Assembly: GCA_963781885.1 (NCBI GenBank) | Contig: CAWAHW010000004.1 | Location: 160,001 to 224,000, forward strand | Direction of reading: 5' to 3' | Length of the DNA: 64,000 nt | DNA from: an uncultured Spirochaetota bacterium | GTDB lineage: Bacteria; Spirochaetota; Spirochaetia; SZUA-6; Fen-1364 | Part shown: one piece after another, positions 48,693 to 59,044 of the stretch | Layout of the letters: the number at the start of each line of letters is the position of its first letter | Position numbering within the stretch: the first letter of the stretch is position 1 | Position numbers and translations under genes: made by a program | Notes under the pieces: generated by a model | Database searches by the model: none | What the model saw: only the letters and a program-made list of their open reading frames with translations | Told to the model about the DNA's origin: nothing

Positions 48693-50462
48693 ATGAAACA
48701 CAACACATCATCGCCTCTGGTCATTGCAGTCTTCGTTACGGCGCTGGCAATGTTGGCGGGGGCGACTTTCATCAACACCCGGATTACCCTGCGTCACATA
48801 GACGTCGACAGGCTCTATGTCGCGAGCCGCGCCCGACTCACTTCGATCCAGGAGCTTAAATCGATCGTGCTCACGGCCGTGATCGCGGAAAGAAACTTCA
48901 TCCTCAGCGGGAACGATCAGGATCTCCAGCCGTACGAACAGGCAAAGGCGGATGCGCGGGTGCAGGTTGAAAAAATCGACCCCCTGATCGACGATGCTTC
49001 CCCTCAACAGTCGGACCTCGACGAATTACGAAGCCTTTTTCAGGAAAAATTCGCCGCCCTTGACGAGATGATCGCCATGCGGCGGGCTCATGGGATCGGG
49101 CGCGAGGTGACGAGCATCCTCGTGGACAGAAGCATACCGCTTCTCACCAAGATCGATGCCGCGGAAGGCATCATGCAGAACGCTGAGGCAGCAACGCTCC
49201 AGCAACTGGAGAATCGTTCGTCGGACAGCGTTTATCTGTCCCTTGCCGTCTCATCCGGCGGCAGCGCCCTTGCTTTGCTGCTCCTTGTACTCGCCTTCGT
49301 CATGCTGGAACGGGAAATCGTGCGGCGACGCGTCACCGAAGCGGGCCTTGTCGAGGCAAAACAGGTCGCCGATGCCGCGAATCGGGCGAAAAGCGAATTC
49401 CTGGCCAATATGAGTCACGAGATCAGGACCCCCATGAACGCGATCTTGGGTTTTGCCGAGCTCTTGGGGGAATCGGCTTCGGCGGGCATCAAGGACAAGA
49501 GCAACATCGACGGGATCAAAACGGCGGGAAAAAGCCTCATGATCATCATCAACGACATCCTGGATCTCTCCAAGATCGAGGCGGGCCGCCTGGATATTCG
49601 GCTCGAGCCGGTGAGCCTCCCGAGCCTGCTGCGCGACGTGGAGCGGATCTTCTCCGTGGCGGCGGCACGAAAGAAGCTCGATTTCCGCCTTACAATCGCC
49701 CGTGGGATACCCGATGTCCTCCGCCTCGACGAGGTGAGATTGCGCCAGGTGCTCTTCAATCTGCTGGGGAATGCCATGAAATTCACGGACAAGGGTTCGG
49801 TCGGCGTCGCCGTCACAATGACGGGTCAGGTCTTACCGGCCAACCTCATCGACCTGGAAATCGATGTGATCGATACGGGCATCGGCATCGCCGCCGCCGA
49901 CCAAGAGGCGATCTTCGAGCCTTTTCGCCAGGCGTTCCAGGGAGAGCGCCGATTCGGCGGAACGGGTCTCGGGCTTGCGATCAGCCGCAGGCTCGTGGCG
50001 GCGATGGGTGGATCGCTCTCGGTGCGGAGCGAGATCGGTCGAGGCTCCCTGTTCCGCGTCCGTCTTCCGGGGGTACAGGCGGCCGTGGGAATCGAGCCCG
50101 GCGCGGGAGGCGGCGGTCCCGCTCAAATCCCCCCTGAGAGCGCGATCCCTGTTCCCTCCGTTGCCCCCCTCATTCTCCTTTTCATCGAGCAGACGAGGAA
50201 AGCCGGTCCGCTCCGCGATGCCATCGGTTCCGCCATGCGCGAGGAAATTCTTCCTGAGCACAAGAGGCTGAAGATCACCCTCGAGGTCAAGGCCGTCCGC
50301 GCATGGTGCCTCCGGCTGCAAGAGCTCTCTGGCTCATGGGGATGCCCTGCTCTGGCGGATTTCGCCAGCACGCTCGAATCGTACGCCGACAGTTATCAGA
50401 TCAACGAGATCGTCGGGTGTCTTCGAGAATTCAACGCCGTCCTCGAGGAGTTCACGCCATGA
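48693..50462 (+). CDS. CHASE3 sensor histidine kinase
   Basis: TM-CHASE3 (AERNFILSG)-TM; FLANMSHEIRTPMN, NLLGNAMKFT, DTGIGI, GGTGLGL. Confidence 0.9.
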   Translation: MKHNTSSPLVIAVFVTALAMLAGATFINTRITLRHIDVDRLYVASRARLTSIQELKSIVLTAVIAERNFILSGNDQDLQPYEQAKADARVQVEKIDPLIDDASPQQSDLDELRSLFQEKFAALDEMIAMRRAHGIGREVTSILVDRSIPLLTKIDAAEGIMQNAEAATLQQLENRSSDSVYLSLAVSSGGSALALLLLVLAFVMLEREIVRRRVTEAGLVEAKQVADAANRAKSEFLANMSHEIRTPMNAILGFAELLGESASAGIKDKSNIDGIKTAGKSLMIIINDILDLSKIEAGRLDIRLEPVSLPSLLRDVERIFSVAAARKKLDFRLTIARGIPDVLRLDEVRLRQVLFNLLGNAMKFTDKGSVGVAVTMTGQVLPANLIDLEIDVIDTGIGIAAADQEAIFEPFRQAFQGERRFGGTGLGLAISRRLVAAMGGSLSVRSEIGRGSLFRVRLPGVQAAVGIEPGAGGGGPAQIPPESAIPVPSVAPLILLFIEQTRKAGPLRDAIGSAMREEILPEHKRLKITLEVKAVRAWCLRLQELSGSWGCPALADFASTLESYADSYQINEIVGCLREFNAVLEEFTP

Positions 50463-51607
50463 TCGAGGCCGCCACAGAGGTCTTCCCCCACGCCACGGAA
50501 TTCCGCGTCCTCATCGTGGATGACGTGCCCGACAACCTCAAGATCATCGGTGGCATCCTCGATGGGAAGGGAGTCGATCTCAGCTTCGCGACCAGCGGCG
50601 CCCAGGCCTTGGAGAGCGCCCAGGTCACCCATCCCGACCTTGTCCTCCTCGACGTGGCGATGCCCGAGATGGACGGCTACGAAGTGGCGCGGAGGTTCAA
50701 GACGACCGACGGCCTCTCCGACATCGCGGTGATTTTCATCACGGCGCGCGCCCATTCTCAGGATGTTCTGGACGGTTTCCGCGCCGGCGCGGCCGACTAC
50801 ATCACAAAACCGTTCAACGCGGCCGAGCTTCTGGCGCGCGTCTTTACACACCTCGAGCTCAAGAAATCGCGGGATACCATTCGTCACCAGAACGAGGGCC
50901 TGCGCGCATCCAACGCCGCCAAGGACAGGCTCCTTTCCATCATTGCCCATGATTTGAAAAACCCATTGCATGGGCTCATCGGCATTTCCGAGCTGCTGCT
51001 CGATATGGGTGACGGCATGGATGGCGCCTTGCGGAAGGGACACCTGACTTCCCTGAACGCAACGGCCCGACAAATGGCAAAATCCCTTCGTGAGCTTCTG
51101 GATTGGGCCAAAGTGCAGAGCGGCGCCATTGAATGGAAACCGGAAGAGTTCATGCTGGCATTCATCGTTGAAGAATCGATCCTCCTCATGCAGAGCGCGG
51201 CAACCGCAAAGGAGGTCGCCGTGACGAACCGCATCGCGAGCGAGGAAAAGGTATTCGCTGATCCAATCATGATCCTCACGGTTGTCCGCAATCTCCTGCA
51301 AAACGCGATCAAGTATTCCAGACGCGGTGGCGAAGTCACCATTTCCGCTGAGAATGTCGTTGATGACAGCGTTCGGATCATGGTCGGCGACACGGGTATA
51401 GGCATGCATCCCGCCCTCGTCACCTCCCTCCTCAAGAATGATTCGCTTGCGTCGCGACCGGGGACCGAAGGCGAGCTGGGGACTGGACTCGGACTCAAGT
51501 TCTGTTGGGAGTTCCTATCGACGCATAGAACCACCCTCCAAGTGAAAAGCGAAGAGGGAAAAGGGACGACGTTCTCATTCGTGCTGCCTCGCAGGAAAAA
51601 AGAATAG
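50459..51607 (+). CDS. hybrid response regulator / histidine kinase (REC-HisKA-HATPase)
   Basis: LIVDD, LLDVAMPEMDG, DYITKPF; IIAHDLKNP, NAIKYS, GTGLGL. Confidence 0.92.
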   Translation: MIEAATEVFPHATEFRVLIVDDVPDNLKIIGGILDGKGVDLSFATSGAQALESAQVTHPDLVLLDVAMPEMDGYEVARRFKTTDGLSDIAVIFITARAHSQDVLDGFRAGAADYITKPFNAAELLARVFTHLELKKSRDTIRHQNEGLRASNAAKDRLLSIIAHDLKNPLHGLIGISELLLDMGDGMDGALRKGHLTSLNATARQMAKSLRELLDWAKVQSGAIEWKPEEFMLAFIVEESILLMQSAATAKEVAVTNRIASEEKVFADPIMILTVVRNLLQNAIKYSRRGGEVTISAENVVDDSVRIMVGDTGIGMHPALVTSLLKNDSLASRPGTEGELGTGLGLKFCWEFLSTHRTTLQVKSEEGKGTTFSFVLPRRKKE

Positions 51608-51652
51608 ATTCGGATCCGCCTTCGCGCGGCTGCCGGTTCAGCGCCCTGCTGT

Positions 51653-52771
51653 CTACTCCACCTCGTCGGGCCTGACCTCCTCCCCGGTGGCCGCGGACTG
51701 AAGAGCCGCCAGGGTGAACTGGAGGACTGCCTTGCCTGCGGGGCCGTCCAGCTTGGGTTTCCCGCGGCCATGAAGCGCATCGATGAGATTGTGGGTCGCG
51801 GCAATGAACCCATCGTGCCATTCCTCTCCCTCAACGGGTATGGCCTTTGTCTCTCCACCCTTGAACAGCATGAGCGCGGGAAGGTCAACGGTCCTTGCCG
51901 TGTAGCGATTGATGAAGATGATGCCCTTTTCACCGATCACTTCGATGCGATCGTCGTCCGTGTAGTACTGGGAATTGATGCACATCTTCGGCGTGTACTC
52001 CACGTCCAGGAATCCATAGCGACGCGCTGCCTTGTACTGGAACATGATCGCGGCCGGCGCATCGATCCGCACGGTGCCGGCCGTGTCCTTGACCGCGGTT
52101 CCATCGATCCAGGCAAAGACCTTTTCCACGGGCCCTCCCAGGAAGTACCCCACGGAGAAAAGGTGGTAGCCGTGATCGAACACCAGCGGCCCGCCGCCGC
52201 ACTGCTTCTTGTTGAAGCGCCAGAGCCATGCGCTGAGAGGCACTTTCCATCCCGTGTTTTCCGTTCCCGTATTCACGTGCATCCGCACGGCGCGGACTTC
52301 TCCGATCTCCCCGGCGTCGATCATCTCCTTTGCGCGGACCGCGGGGGCGTAGCAGGCGAAGGTCTCGAAGACCCGGAGCACGACTCCGGCCTTGCGTGCC
52401 GCGTCGATCATCTCATCCGCTTCCGCGGCGGACAGCGCCATGGGCTTCTGCACGGAGACGTGCTTGCCCGCCCGGCAGGCCGCCACGCTCATGGAGCAGT
52501 GCAGGTGGTGCGGTGTCAGCAGCTCCACCACGTCCACCTCCGGGTCCCGCAGCACCTGTTCGTAGTCGGTGTAGACCCTGTCCACGCCCCATGCCTTTGC
52601 CTTTTCCGCGGCATGTGCCCGGCTCGTGTCGCACACCGCCATTATTTTCGCGTCCTCCCTCCCCTGGTAACCGAGCCGATGCAGGTCCGAGATCCTTCCA
52701 CACCCGACAATGGCAACGCCCAGTGGCTTGGTTCGCGTCGAAAGCCTGGAAACTCTGACTGCAGTGGCCAT
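51653..52771 (-). CDS. Gfo/Idh/MocA-family NAD(P)-dependent oxidoreductase
   Basis: IVGCGRIS, TPHHLH, GKHVSVQKPMA, GGGPLVFDHGYH. Confidence 0.9.
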   Translation of the reverse strand: MATAVRVSRLSTRTKPLGVAIVGCGRISDLHRLGYQGREDAKIMAVCDTSRAHAAEKAKAWGVDRVYTDYEQVLRDPEVDVVELLTPHHLHCSMSVAACRAGKHVSVQKPMALSAAEADEMIDAARKAGVVLRVFETFACYAPAVRAKEMIDAGEIGEVRAVRMHVNTGTENTGWKVPLSAWLWRFNKKQCGGGPLVFDHGYHLFSVGYFLGGPVEKVFAWIDGTAVKDTAGTVRIDAPAAIMFQYKAARRYGFLDVEYTPKMCINSQYYTDDDRIEVIGEKGIIFINRYTARTVDLPALMLFKGGETKAIPVEGEEWHDGFIAATHNLIDALHGRGKPKLDGPAGKAVLQFTLAALQSAATGEEVRPDEVE

Positions 52772-52774
52772 GGT

Positions 52775-53407
52775 CTACTCCTTTGAAATGGATCGAACTG
52801 AAGACTCCAGTCGCGGGTCCGCGCCAAGAGAGGCGCGAAGCACGGGAAAAAAAGCGGGGAAAGTAAGCGCCGGACGGACGACCTCCGCGGGAAGGGACGT
52901 CACGATGTCGGCCATGGCGCGGTGGGTGATTCCCGAGACTTCCTTCAACAATGCTCTGCCGCGGCGCTGCGGCTCTGCACGGCCGGCGGGATAACCCGCA
53001 CCGGCATCTGCCGTGAAAAGGTTGTCGAAGATGAGCCTCAGGTTGATGTCGCCTGCCCAGCCATATCCCTGATTCAGGGCAAGAGAGACGCAATTGCCCG
53101 CGTTGATGCGGGAAAAAAGCCACGCATCCAGGGGAGAGAGCAAATGGCCGCAGCAGACGCCGGGGTATTGCATGACTGAGTTCATATAGCCGATCCCGGT
53201 TCCGCAGCCGCCGATCACGAAGTCCACGGCGCCCAGATGCAGGAGCAGGGCGGACATCAGGCCCGTGTGGACATAGAGAAGCTCGGGCGACTGGCCGCTC
53301 TGCGTGTTCCCAAGGTTCAGGACCTCCAGCCCCCGGCCTTCCAGCGCCTTCACAATGTCCGCGTTCCTGTCGGCAGCGCTCGTTTCGTTGATGACGGCGA
53401 CTCTCAT
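52775..53407 (-). CDS. RpiB/LacA/LacB-family sugar isomerase (long DUF3666-type form)
   Basis: MRVAVINETS, DFVIGGCGTGIG, INAGNCVSL, GYGWAGDINL. Confidence 0.85.
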   Translation of the reverse strand: MRVAVINETSAADRNADIVKALEGRGLEVLNLGNTQSGQSPELLYVHTGLMSALLLHLGAVDFVIGGCGTGIGYMNSVMQYPGVCCGHLLSPLDAWLFSRINAGNCVSLALNQGYGWAGDINLRLIFDNLFTADAGAGYPAGRAEPQRRGRALLKEVSGITHRAMADIVTSLPAEVVRPALTFPAFFPVLRASLGADPRLESSVRSISKE

Positions 53408-54357
53408 GACCGGCTCCCCTTCCTCCTGTCCATGGCGCGGCGCGCCGAAACGGCGATCTGCTCAATGGACAAGCCGCAGGCATCCATGAGCGTGTCCAGA
53501 TTGCGCCCGGTCGGGCAGAAGACGTCCTGGATTCCCACCCGTTCGACCGGAACGGGAACGGAGGCGGCAAGCGCTTCCGTCACCGCGCCGCCCAGGCCGC
53601 CGATGATCGAATGCTCCTCCGCGGTCACGATCGCTCCCGTTTCCTCCGCGGCACGGATGATCAGCGCCTGGTCCAGCGGCTTCAGCGTGTGCAGCTCCAG
53701 GACGCGCGCCTGGATGCCCGCGCGGCCAAGCAGGTCCGCCGCCGCGAGGCAGCGCCCGGTCATGGCGCCCGTGGCAATCAAGGTGACGTCCCCGCCGTCG
53801 CGCAGGCAGAGCCCCGCGCCGATTCGAAGCGGCGTGCCCGGCCTGTAGACCGGCAAGGCGGGGGCGCGGCTGATCCGCAGGTAGACCGGACCGTCGTGTT
53901 CCGCGGCCAGTGGTACAAAGGCCGCTGCTTCCTGCGCGTCCGCGGGAACGATGACGGTCATGTTGGGCAGCGCCCGCATGTTCGCCAGGTCCGTGATGGA
54001 ATAGTGCGTTGCCCCGTCCTTGAAATCGGAAATGCCGGCGTAGCTTGCGGCGATCTTGACGTTGGTCCTTGCATAGCAGACGCACGTCCGCACCTGCTCC
54101 AGCGCGCGAAGGGAAAGAAGGGAGGCAAATCCGTTCGCGAACGGAATGAAGCCCCCCAGCGCCAGGCCTGCCGCCACGTCGATCATGCAGGGCTCCGCGA
54201 TCCCAATATTGAGAAATCGATCGGGGTGGCGCACCGCGAAGAACTTCGAAAGCGTCGAGGCCGACGTGTCCACGTCCAGGGCCACGACCTTCGGGTTGCC
54301 GTCCGCGTATTCGGCAAGCGCCTTCCCGTATGACTCGCGCATGGAAGGCTCAGGCAT
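53404..54357 (-). CDS. transketolase, C-terminal subunit (split type)
   Basis: MRESYGKAL, NIGIAEP, DGATH, GPVYLR, TAEEHSIIGGLG. Confidence 0.92.
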   Translation of the reverse strand: MPEPSMRESYGKALAEYADGNPKVVALDVDTSASTLSKFFAVRHPDRFLNIGIAEPCMIDVAAGLALGGFIPFANGFASLLSLRALEQVRTCVCYARTNVKIAASYAGISDFKDGATHYSITDLANMRALPNMTVIVPADAQEAAAFVPLAAEHDGPVYLRISRAPALPVYRPGTPLRIGAGLCLRDGGDVTLIATGAMTGRCLAAADLLGRAGIQARVLELHTLKPLDQALIIRAAEETGAIVTAEEHSIIGGLGGAVTEALAASVPVPVERVGIQDVFCPTGRNLDTLMDACGLSIEQIAVSARRAMDRRKGSRS

Positions 54358-55171
54358 CGTCCGGCTCCTCTCCCAATTCACGCAGGGCCTGGCGCAACTC
54401 GTGGTCCGAAGGAACGTTGCCGTGCCAGGAGCTCTGGTTCTCCATGAAGGAGACTCCCTTTCCCTTGGTGGTCTTTGCAATGACGATGCTGGGCCGGTCC
54501 CCCTTTTTCGCGGCGCTTTCCAGCGCGCTGATGAGAGAACCGGTGTCGTGTCCGTTGCATGGAATGACGTTCCATCCGAAAGCGGCCCACTTGTCGGCAA
54601 GGGGCTCGAGGGGCATGACGTCATGCACGAATCCGTCGAGCTGCACGTCGTTGTTGTCCAGGATCACCGTCAGGTTGGAGAGCTTGAACTTGGCCGCCGA
54701 CATGGCGCCTTCCCAGATGATGCCGGCCTGCGACTCGCCGTCGCCAATCAGGACATAGGTCCGATAGTCCATTCCCTTCCACCGAGCGGCGAGCGCCAGA
54801 CCTGCCCCCACGGCGATACCGTGTCCAAGGATGCCGCTCGTCATGTCCACCCCCGGTGTCTTCAGCCTGTCGGGATGGCTCTGGTGCGGGCAGCCCACCT
54901 CTCCCCAATCATTCAGGGATGACGGAGCGAAGAATCCGCGCCGGGCGAGGGCCGCATACAGCGCCGCCGACGCGTGTCCCTTTGAGAGAATGAACCTGTC
55001 GCGCTCCTCCCAGAGAGGCAGCGCAGGATCCAGACGCATGACGCGGAAGTACAGGACTGCAAGGATTTCCGCCGCGGAGAGGGCGCCCCCGGGATGCCCC
55101 GCGCCGCGTCGATGGATCATGCGCAGACTGTCCACCCTGAGCAGGCGGGCCATCTCGTCAAGGTCGCACAT
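54350..55171 (-). CDS. transketolase, N-terminal subunit (split type)
   Basis: GHPGGALS, RDRFILSKGH, GDGESQAG...N TPP motif, TTKGKG. Confidence 0.92.
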   Translation of the reverse strand: MCDLDEMARLLRVDSLRMIHRRGAGHPGGALSAAEILAVLYFRVMRLDPALPLWEERDRFILSKGHASAALYAALARRGFFAPSSLNDWGEVGCPHQSHPDRLKTPGVDMTSGILGHGIAVGAGLALAARWKGMDYRTYVLIGDGESQAGIIWEGAMSAAKFKLSNLTVILDNNDVQLDGFVHDVMPLEPLADKWAAFGWNVIPCNGHDTGSLISALESAAKKGDRPSIVIAKTTKGKGVSFMENQSSWHGNVPSDHELRQALRELGEEPDDA

Positions 55172-55201
55172 CTTTTCTCCCTCTCCGCGCGGGGACATTC
55201 G

Positions 55202-57050
55202 CTAGAGTCCTATCTCATGCCGGAGCGCCTGGACCGAGTCGCACCATGGACCCACATTCCAGCGCCCCCAGACTCCCATGCCGCCCAGCGGGTCTGCGCC
55301 GAAGTACACGGGAACGTGGACGAGCGAGAGTCCCGGGTGCCTGCCCGCTTCCACCAGCGCCGCGCGAAGGGCTTCTGGTGTCCGGCCGCCGTCCACCGCG
55401 CGCACGCCGGGAACGGACCGTGCCCAGGCAAGGTAGTCCACCTTCAGCGTGTTCCAGGTCGCAAATCCCCTGCCGTACTGATCGTTCTGCAGACCGGTGA
55501 TGGCACCCATCCTGCCGTTGTCCAGCAGGACGATGCAGCCGCGCGCGCCATGCTCCGCGCCGTCGATCAGGACCTGGGGATTCATCGTGAAGGAGCCGTC
55601 ACCGGTAAAAGCCACAGCGGAGAAGGGCTTGTCCGCCGCCGCGGTTGCAAGAAGCGCGGACACGGCGAATCCCATGTAGGATGCCCCGGCCTCCGTCAGC
55701 GTGACGCCCGGGCTCTTCATCCTCCACCACCTGAAAGCCGTTGGCCTGCACGTCCCCCGCGTCGAAGAAACACACGGCACCACGCTCCCGGGCCCACGAT
55801 GCCGCGATCCCGATGACAGCAGGCTGGGTGAGCACGGGCCCGGCCCAGTACTCGTCCTTCAGCACGGGGTTGCTGAACCTCTGTCTCTTGAAGTCCTGCC
55901 ATTCGGCCTTCTTCTGTGCGCAGGAGTCCGCCCAGCCCCCGCGTGCAAAGCCTCCGCCAAGCGCCTGGTTGAGCCTCCCCAGCGTGCGCTCCGCGTCCCC
56001 GACGAGCGCGAGCGAGTGGCGGTAATGCGTAGCGTCCTCGAAATCCGCGTTGATATTGATCACGCGCTTCACGTTCGGATAGCCCGTGCGGGAGCAGTCT
56101 GACTGGCAGACGGCGCGCGTGCCCACGGCCACCAGAAGGTCCGCGTTCTCCATGGCGTGGTTCCCGCAAAGGGAGCCCTTTGAGCCGCCCACGCCCATGC
56201 ACTGCGGGTGCGAATAGGGAATGCAGCCGGAGGCGATGGGCGTGAAGACCAGGACTCCACCCGACAACTCCAGCAGCTTCTCCAGTTGGGCGCGCGCCGT
56301 CCTGCCGCCTCCGCCCACCTTGACCAGCACCCGTTGGGCATCGCGGATCCACCCCGCGGCCGTCTCGTAGTCGCCGTTGGCGGCGGCCAAGGCGGTTGCG
56401 CCTGTCGCGGAAGGAATCTCCGGAAGCTCGGCGGTGTTGAACCCACGGATCAGCGTGGACTGGGTGTTCAAGGGAAGAAGGAGGTAGAACGGAGTGGGCC
56501 GATACGGATGGTCCACGGCCGCCGCGCCTCGCTGAAGCGCAGTGGACAGGGCAAGAGGAGTATGGAGGCTGTACGCCCTGCCCATTGTCGCGGCCAGCCG
56601 CAGGAAAAGTCCCTGCTCGGGCCGGGGGACCTGCTGCATGTTATAGCCTTCGTCCTCCGTGGTTTCGTCCCCCATGAGGTACCAGACGCCAACTCCGTCC
56701 GATGCCGGGGCGATCGAAGCTGCCAGGGCCTGCAGCGCGCCGGGACCGATGGAGGTGACAACCGCGGCCTTCTCTCCCGTTGCCCACCGCAAGGCCATGG
56801 CGGCGTGGGAGGCTTCGATTTCATTACGGACCGCGAAGACCCTGGCCAGACCTGCTTCCTGGTAGACCCGAAGGACTTCGCCGATCTCCGTGGAGCCATG
56901 CCCGAAGACCGCGAAGTACTTCCTCACTCCCAGTCGGAGCAGGCCGAGCACGAGCGCCTCGGACAGGGTGACGTCCACCCGTGCCGGCAGCGTCCCACCC
57001 TGTGCCAGAGATCGCGCGCGTGCCAGTCGTTCTGCTCCTGCATCGTGCAT
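55202..57050 (-). CDS. thiamine-diphosphate-dependent enzyme, distantly IolD-like; frameshift near 55710
   Basis: VFGHG, RNE, TSIGPGA in the N-terminal frame; TPP motif GDGSF...DN in the second frame. Confidence 0.82.
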
Positions 57051-57058
57051 GCCGTCTC

Positions 57059-57802
57059 CTATCGCGGCCCGGAGGCCTGACGCTCCCCGAGCGCCTTTCC
57101 GACTTCCACCGCGATGGCCGCCAACTCAGGCAGGCGCTGCGGCGTCATCCGCGTGGCGGGACCCGAGATGCCCATGGAGCCTACGACCCTTCCCCTGAAG
57201 TCCACCACCGACACCGCAATACAGCGGATGCCGAGGTCGAACTCCTCGTCGTCCACGGCGTAGCCCTGGCGTCTCACTTCCCCGAGCTCGCGCTCCAGTG
57301 CGGCAGGATCCGTGATGGTGCGTTCCGTGTAGGATTCCAGCGTCTCGGGCATCGGGATGTCCGTGAAAGCAAGCAGCACCTTGCCCAGCGCCGTGCAATG
57401 AAGCGGCCCTGTCTGCCCGACCTGTACGTTCACCCGGAGCGTTGCCGGAGATTCGACCTGGTCGATATAGAGCGCCTTGCCCCGCGACTCCAACGCAAGG
57501 TGCGCACACTCCCCCGTGCGTTCCATGAGCTGCCGGAGGAAGGGCTTGGCCGCCTCCCGCCACGGAAGCCGCGCAAGCACGCTGCGGCTCAGTGTGACCA
57601 CCCGCGGACCAAGATGGTAACGCCGGGTCGCCTCGTCCCGTTCGACATAACCGTTATGCGCGAGCGTTGAGGCAAGCCGCGAGGCGCTCGCCTTGTCCAC
57701 GCCGAGGGCGTCCGCCAGCGCGGTCACCGAGGTGCCTTCCGGCGCCTGGGAGAGCAGGTCGAGGATGTTGAGGCCACGCGTAAGTGACTGAATCTCTGTC
57801 AT
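57059..57802 (-). CDS. IclR-family transcriptional regulator
   Basis: IQSLTRGLNILD HTH, LHCTALGKVLLA, QGYAVDDEE, GISGP. Confidence 0.94.
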   Translation of the reverse strand: MTEIQSLTRGLNILDLLSQAPEGTSVTALADALGVDKASASRLASTLAHNGYVERDEATRRYHLGPRVVTLSRSVLARLPWREAAKPFLRQLMERTGECAHLALESRGKALYIDQVESPATLRVNVQVGQTGPLHCTALGKVLLAFTDIPMPETLESYTERTITDPAALERELGEVRRQGYAVDDEEFDLGIRCIAVSVVDFRGRVVGSMGISGPATRMTPQRLPELAAIAVEVGKALGERQASGPR

Positions 57803-57808
57803 CGTTGC

Positions 57809-57839
57809 GCATAATACAACAGGCATGAGTATTATGCAA
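57809..57839 (-). promoter_or_regulatory. promoter TTGCAT-17-TATTAT overlapped by inverted repeat GCATAATAC-N11-GTATTATGC
   Basis: Direct reading; the -10 box ends 8 nt before the IclR ATG. Confidence 0.7.
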
Positions 57840-57868
57840 CAAAAATCGCCCAATAGGGCAAGCAGAGC

Positions 57869-59044
57869 TTAGCTTGCGGCCGCCGCCTGATGGGAGAGTA
57901 TGACGAGGTACCGGTCCCGCACCTCGCGGACGACGTTTTCCCAGCTTCGGCAAAGCGTGGCCTGCGCGTTCATGCCCGCACGCTCCAGCTCCTGCGGGTT
58001 CGACAGTATCTGGACGACCCTTGCGGCAAAGGCCTCCACGTCTTCATCCGCCAGGAATCCGTTTTCATCGTCGCGTATCACTTCGGCCGACGTGGAGCCG
58101 CGGAGCAGGACCGATGGGGTCCTGAACGCCGCGGCCTCGCGCACCACCAAGGGCGCGTTGTCGAAGAGCGAAGGAAAGAGGAAAATGTCGCTCCGGGCGT
58201 AAATCGACGCGAGCTTCCTGCGATCGAAGATCGACCCGCAAAACGTGACGCGGTCGCGTATTCCAAGCTTTCCAACCAGTGCGCGCAGCAGTAGCTTTGC
58301 GCATCCATCGCCGACAAAGACCATCCGGAAGCCTGGGAGCGCGGACATGATGCCGGGAAGCGAACGCACCAGGAACTCCAGGTTCTTCTCCCGGATGTGC
58401 TGCCCGACGAACAATCCCACGATGGCCTCTTCGCCCATTCCCAAGAGCTCCCCTCCCCTTTGCCGCAGCGGTGACAGGTCATGCGGAGGGGTAAAATCGA
58501 TGCCGTTCTCCACGACGTCGTAGGGCCCGCCATACCCGTATTCCCGCAGCGTCGCGGCGACGGATTCCTGGGGGATCCGAACATGGTCCACCGAGTAGTA
58601 GAACTCGACGATGCGCTTCATCTGCTCGTCGACGAGACGTTCTATCGGGATGGCGAGCCGGAGGTTGTCGCGAAACTTGGAATGGAAGGTCGCCACGATG
58701 GGGATGCCCATCTCGCGGGCGGTCTTCAGCGCCTTGCGGCCGGCCCCGAAGGGCGAATGGGCGTGGACGATGGAGAAATCGCGCTGCGTAAGCAGCGTCC
58801 GCAGCCTGCGGTCCATGTCGGGGAGCCCGATGCGGTAGGGGGGATGGACGAACGTGGGAATCGACAGGAAGCGGATGACGGGAAACGCTTCTTCGTCGCA
58901 GTGAAAAGGCACGGAAGGCGCCACGACGCAGGTGGGCCCCAGCAACCTGTTGAGCCAATAGGCGTAGTTCTGCACGACGATGGTGACCCCGTCGATGATG
59001 GGCACGTAACTGTCGTTGAAAAGGCCGACCGCGACGTCCCTCAT
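57869..59044 (-). CDS. family 4 glycosyltransferase (diacylglycerol glycosyltransferase-like)
   Basis: FNDSYVPIIDGV, VHAHSPF, TFHSKF, FLFPSLFDNAPLVVREAAA. Confidence 0.88.
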   Translation of the reverse strand: MRDVAVGLFNDSYVPIIDGVTIVVQNYAYWLNRLLGPTCVVAPSVPFHCDEEAFPVIRFLSIPTFVHPPYRIGLPDMDRRLRTLLTQRDFSIVHAHSPFGAGRKALKTAREMGIPIVATFHSKFRDNLRLAIPIERLVDEQMKRIVEFYYSVDHVRIPQESVAATLREYGYGGPYDVVENGIDFTPPHDLSPLRQRGGELLGMGEEAIVGLFVGQHIREKNLEFLVRSLPGIMSALPGFRMVFVGDGCAKLLLRALVGKLGIRDRVTFCGSIFDRRKLASIYARSDIFLFPSLFDNAPLVVREAAAFRTPSVLLRGSTSAEVIRDDENGFLADEDVEAFAARVVQILSNPQELERAGMNAQATLCRSWENVVREVRDRYLVILSHQAAAAS

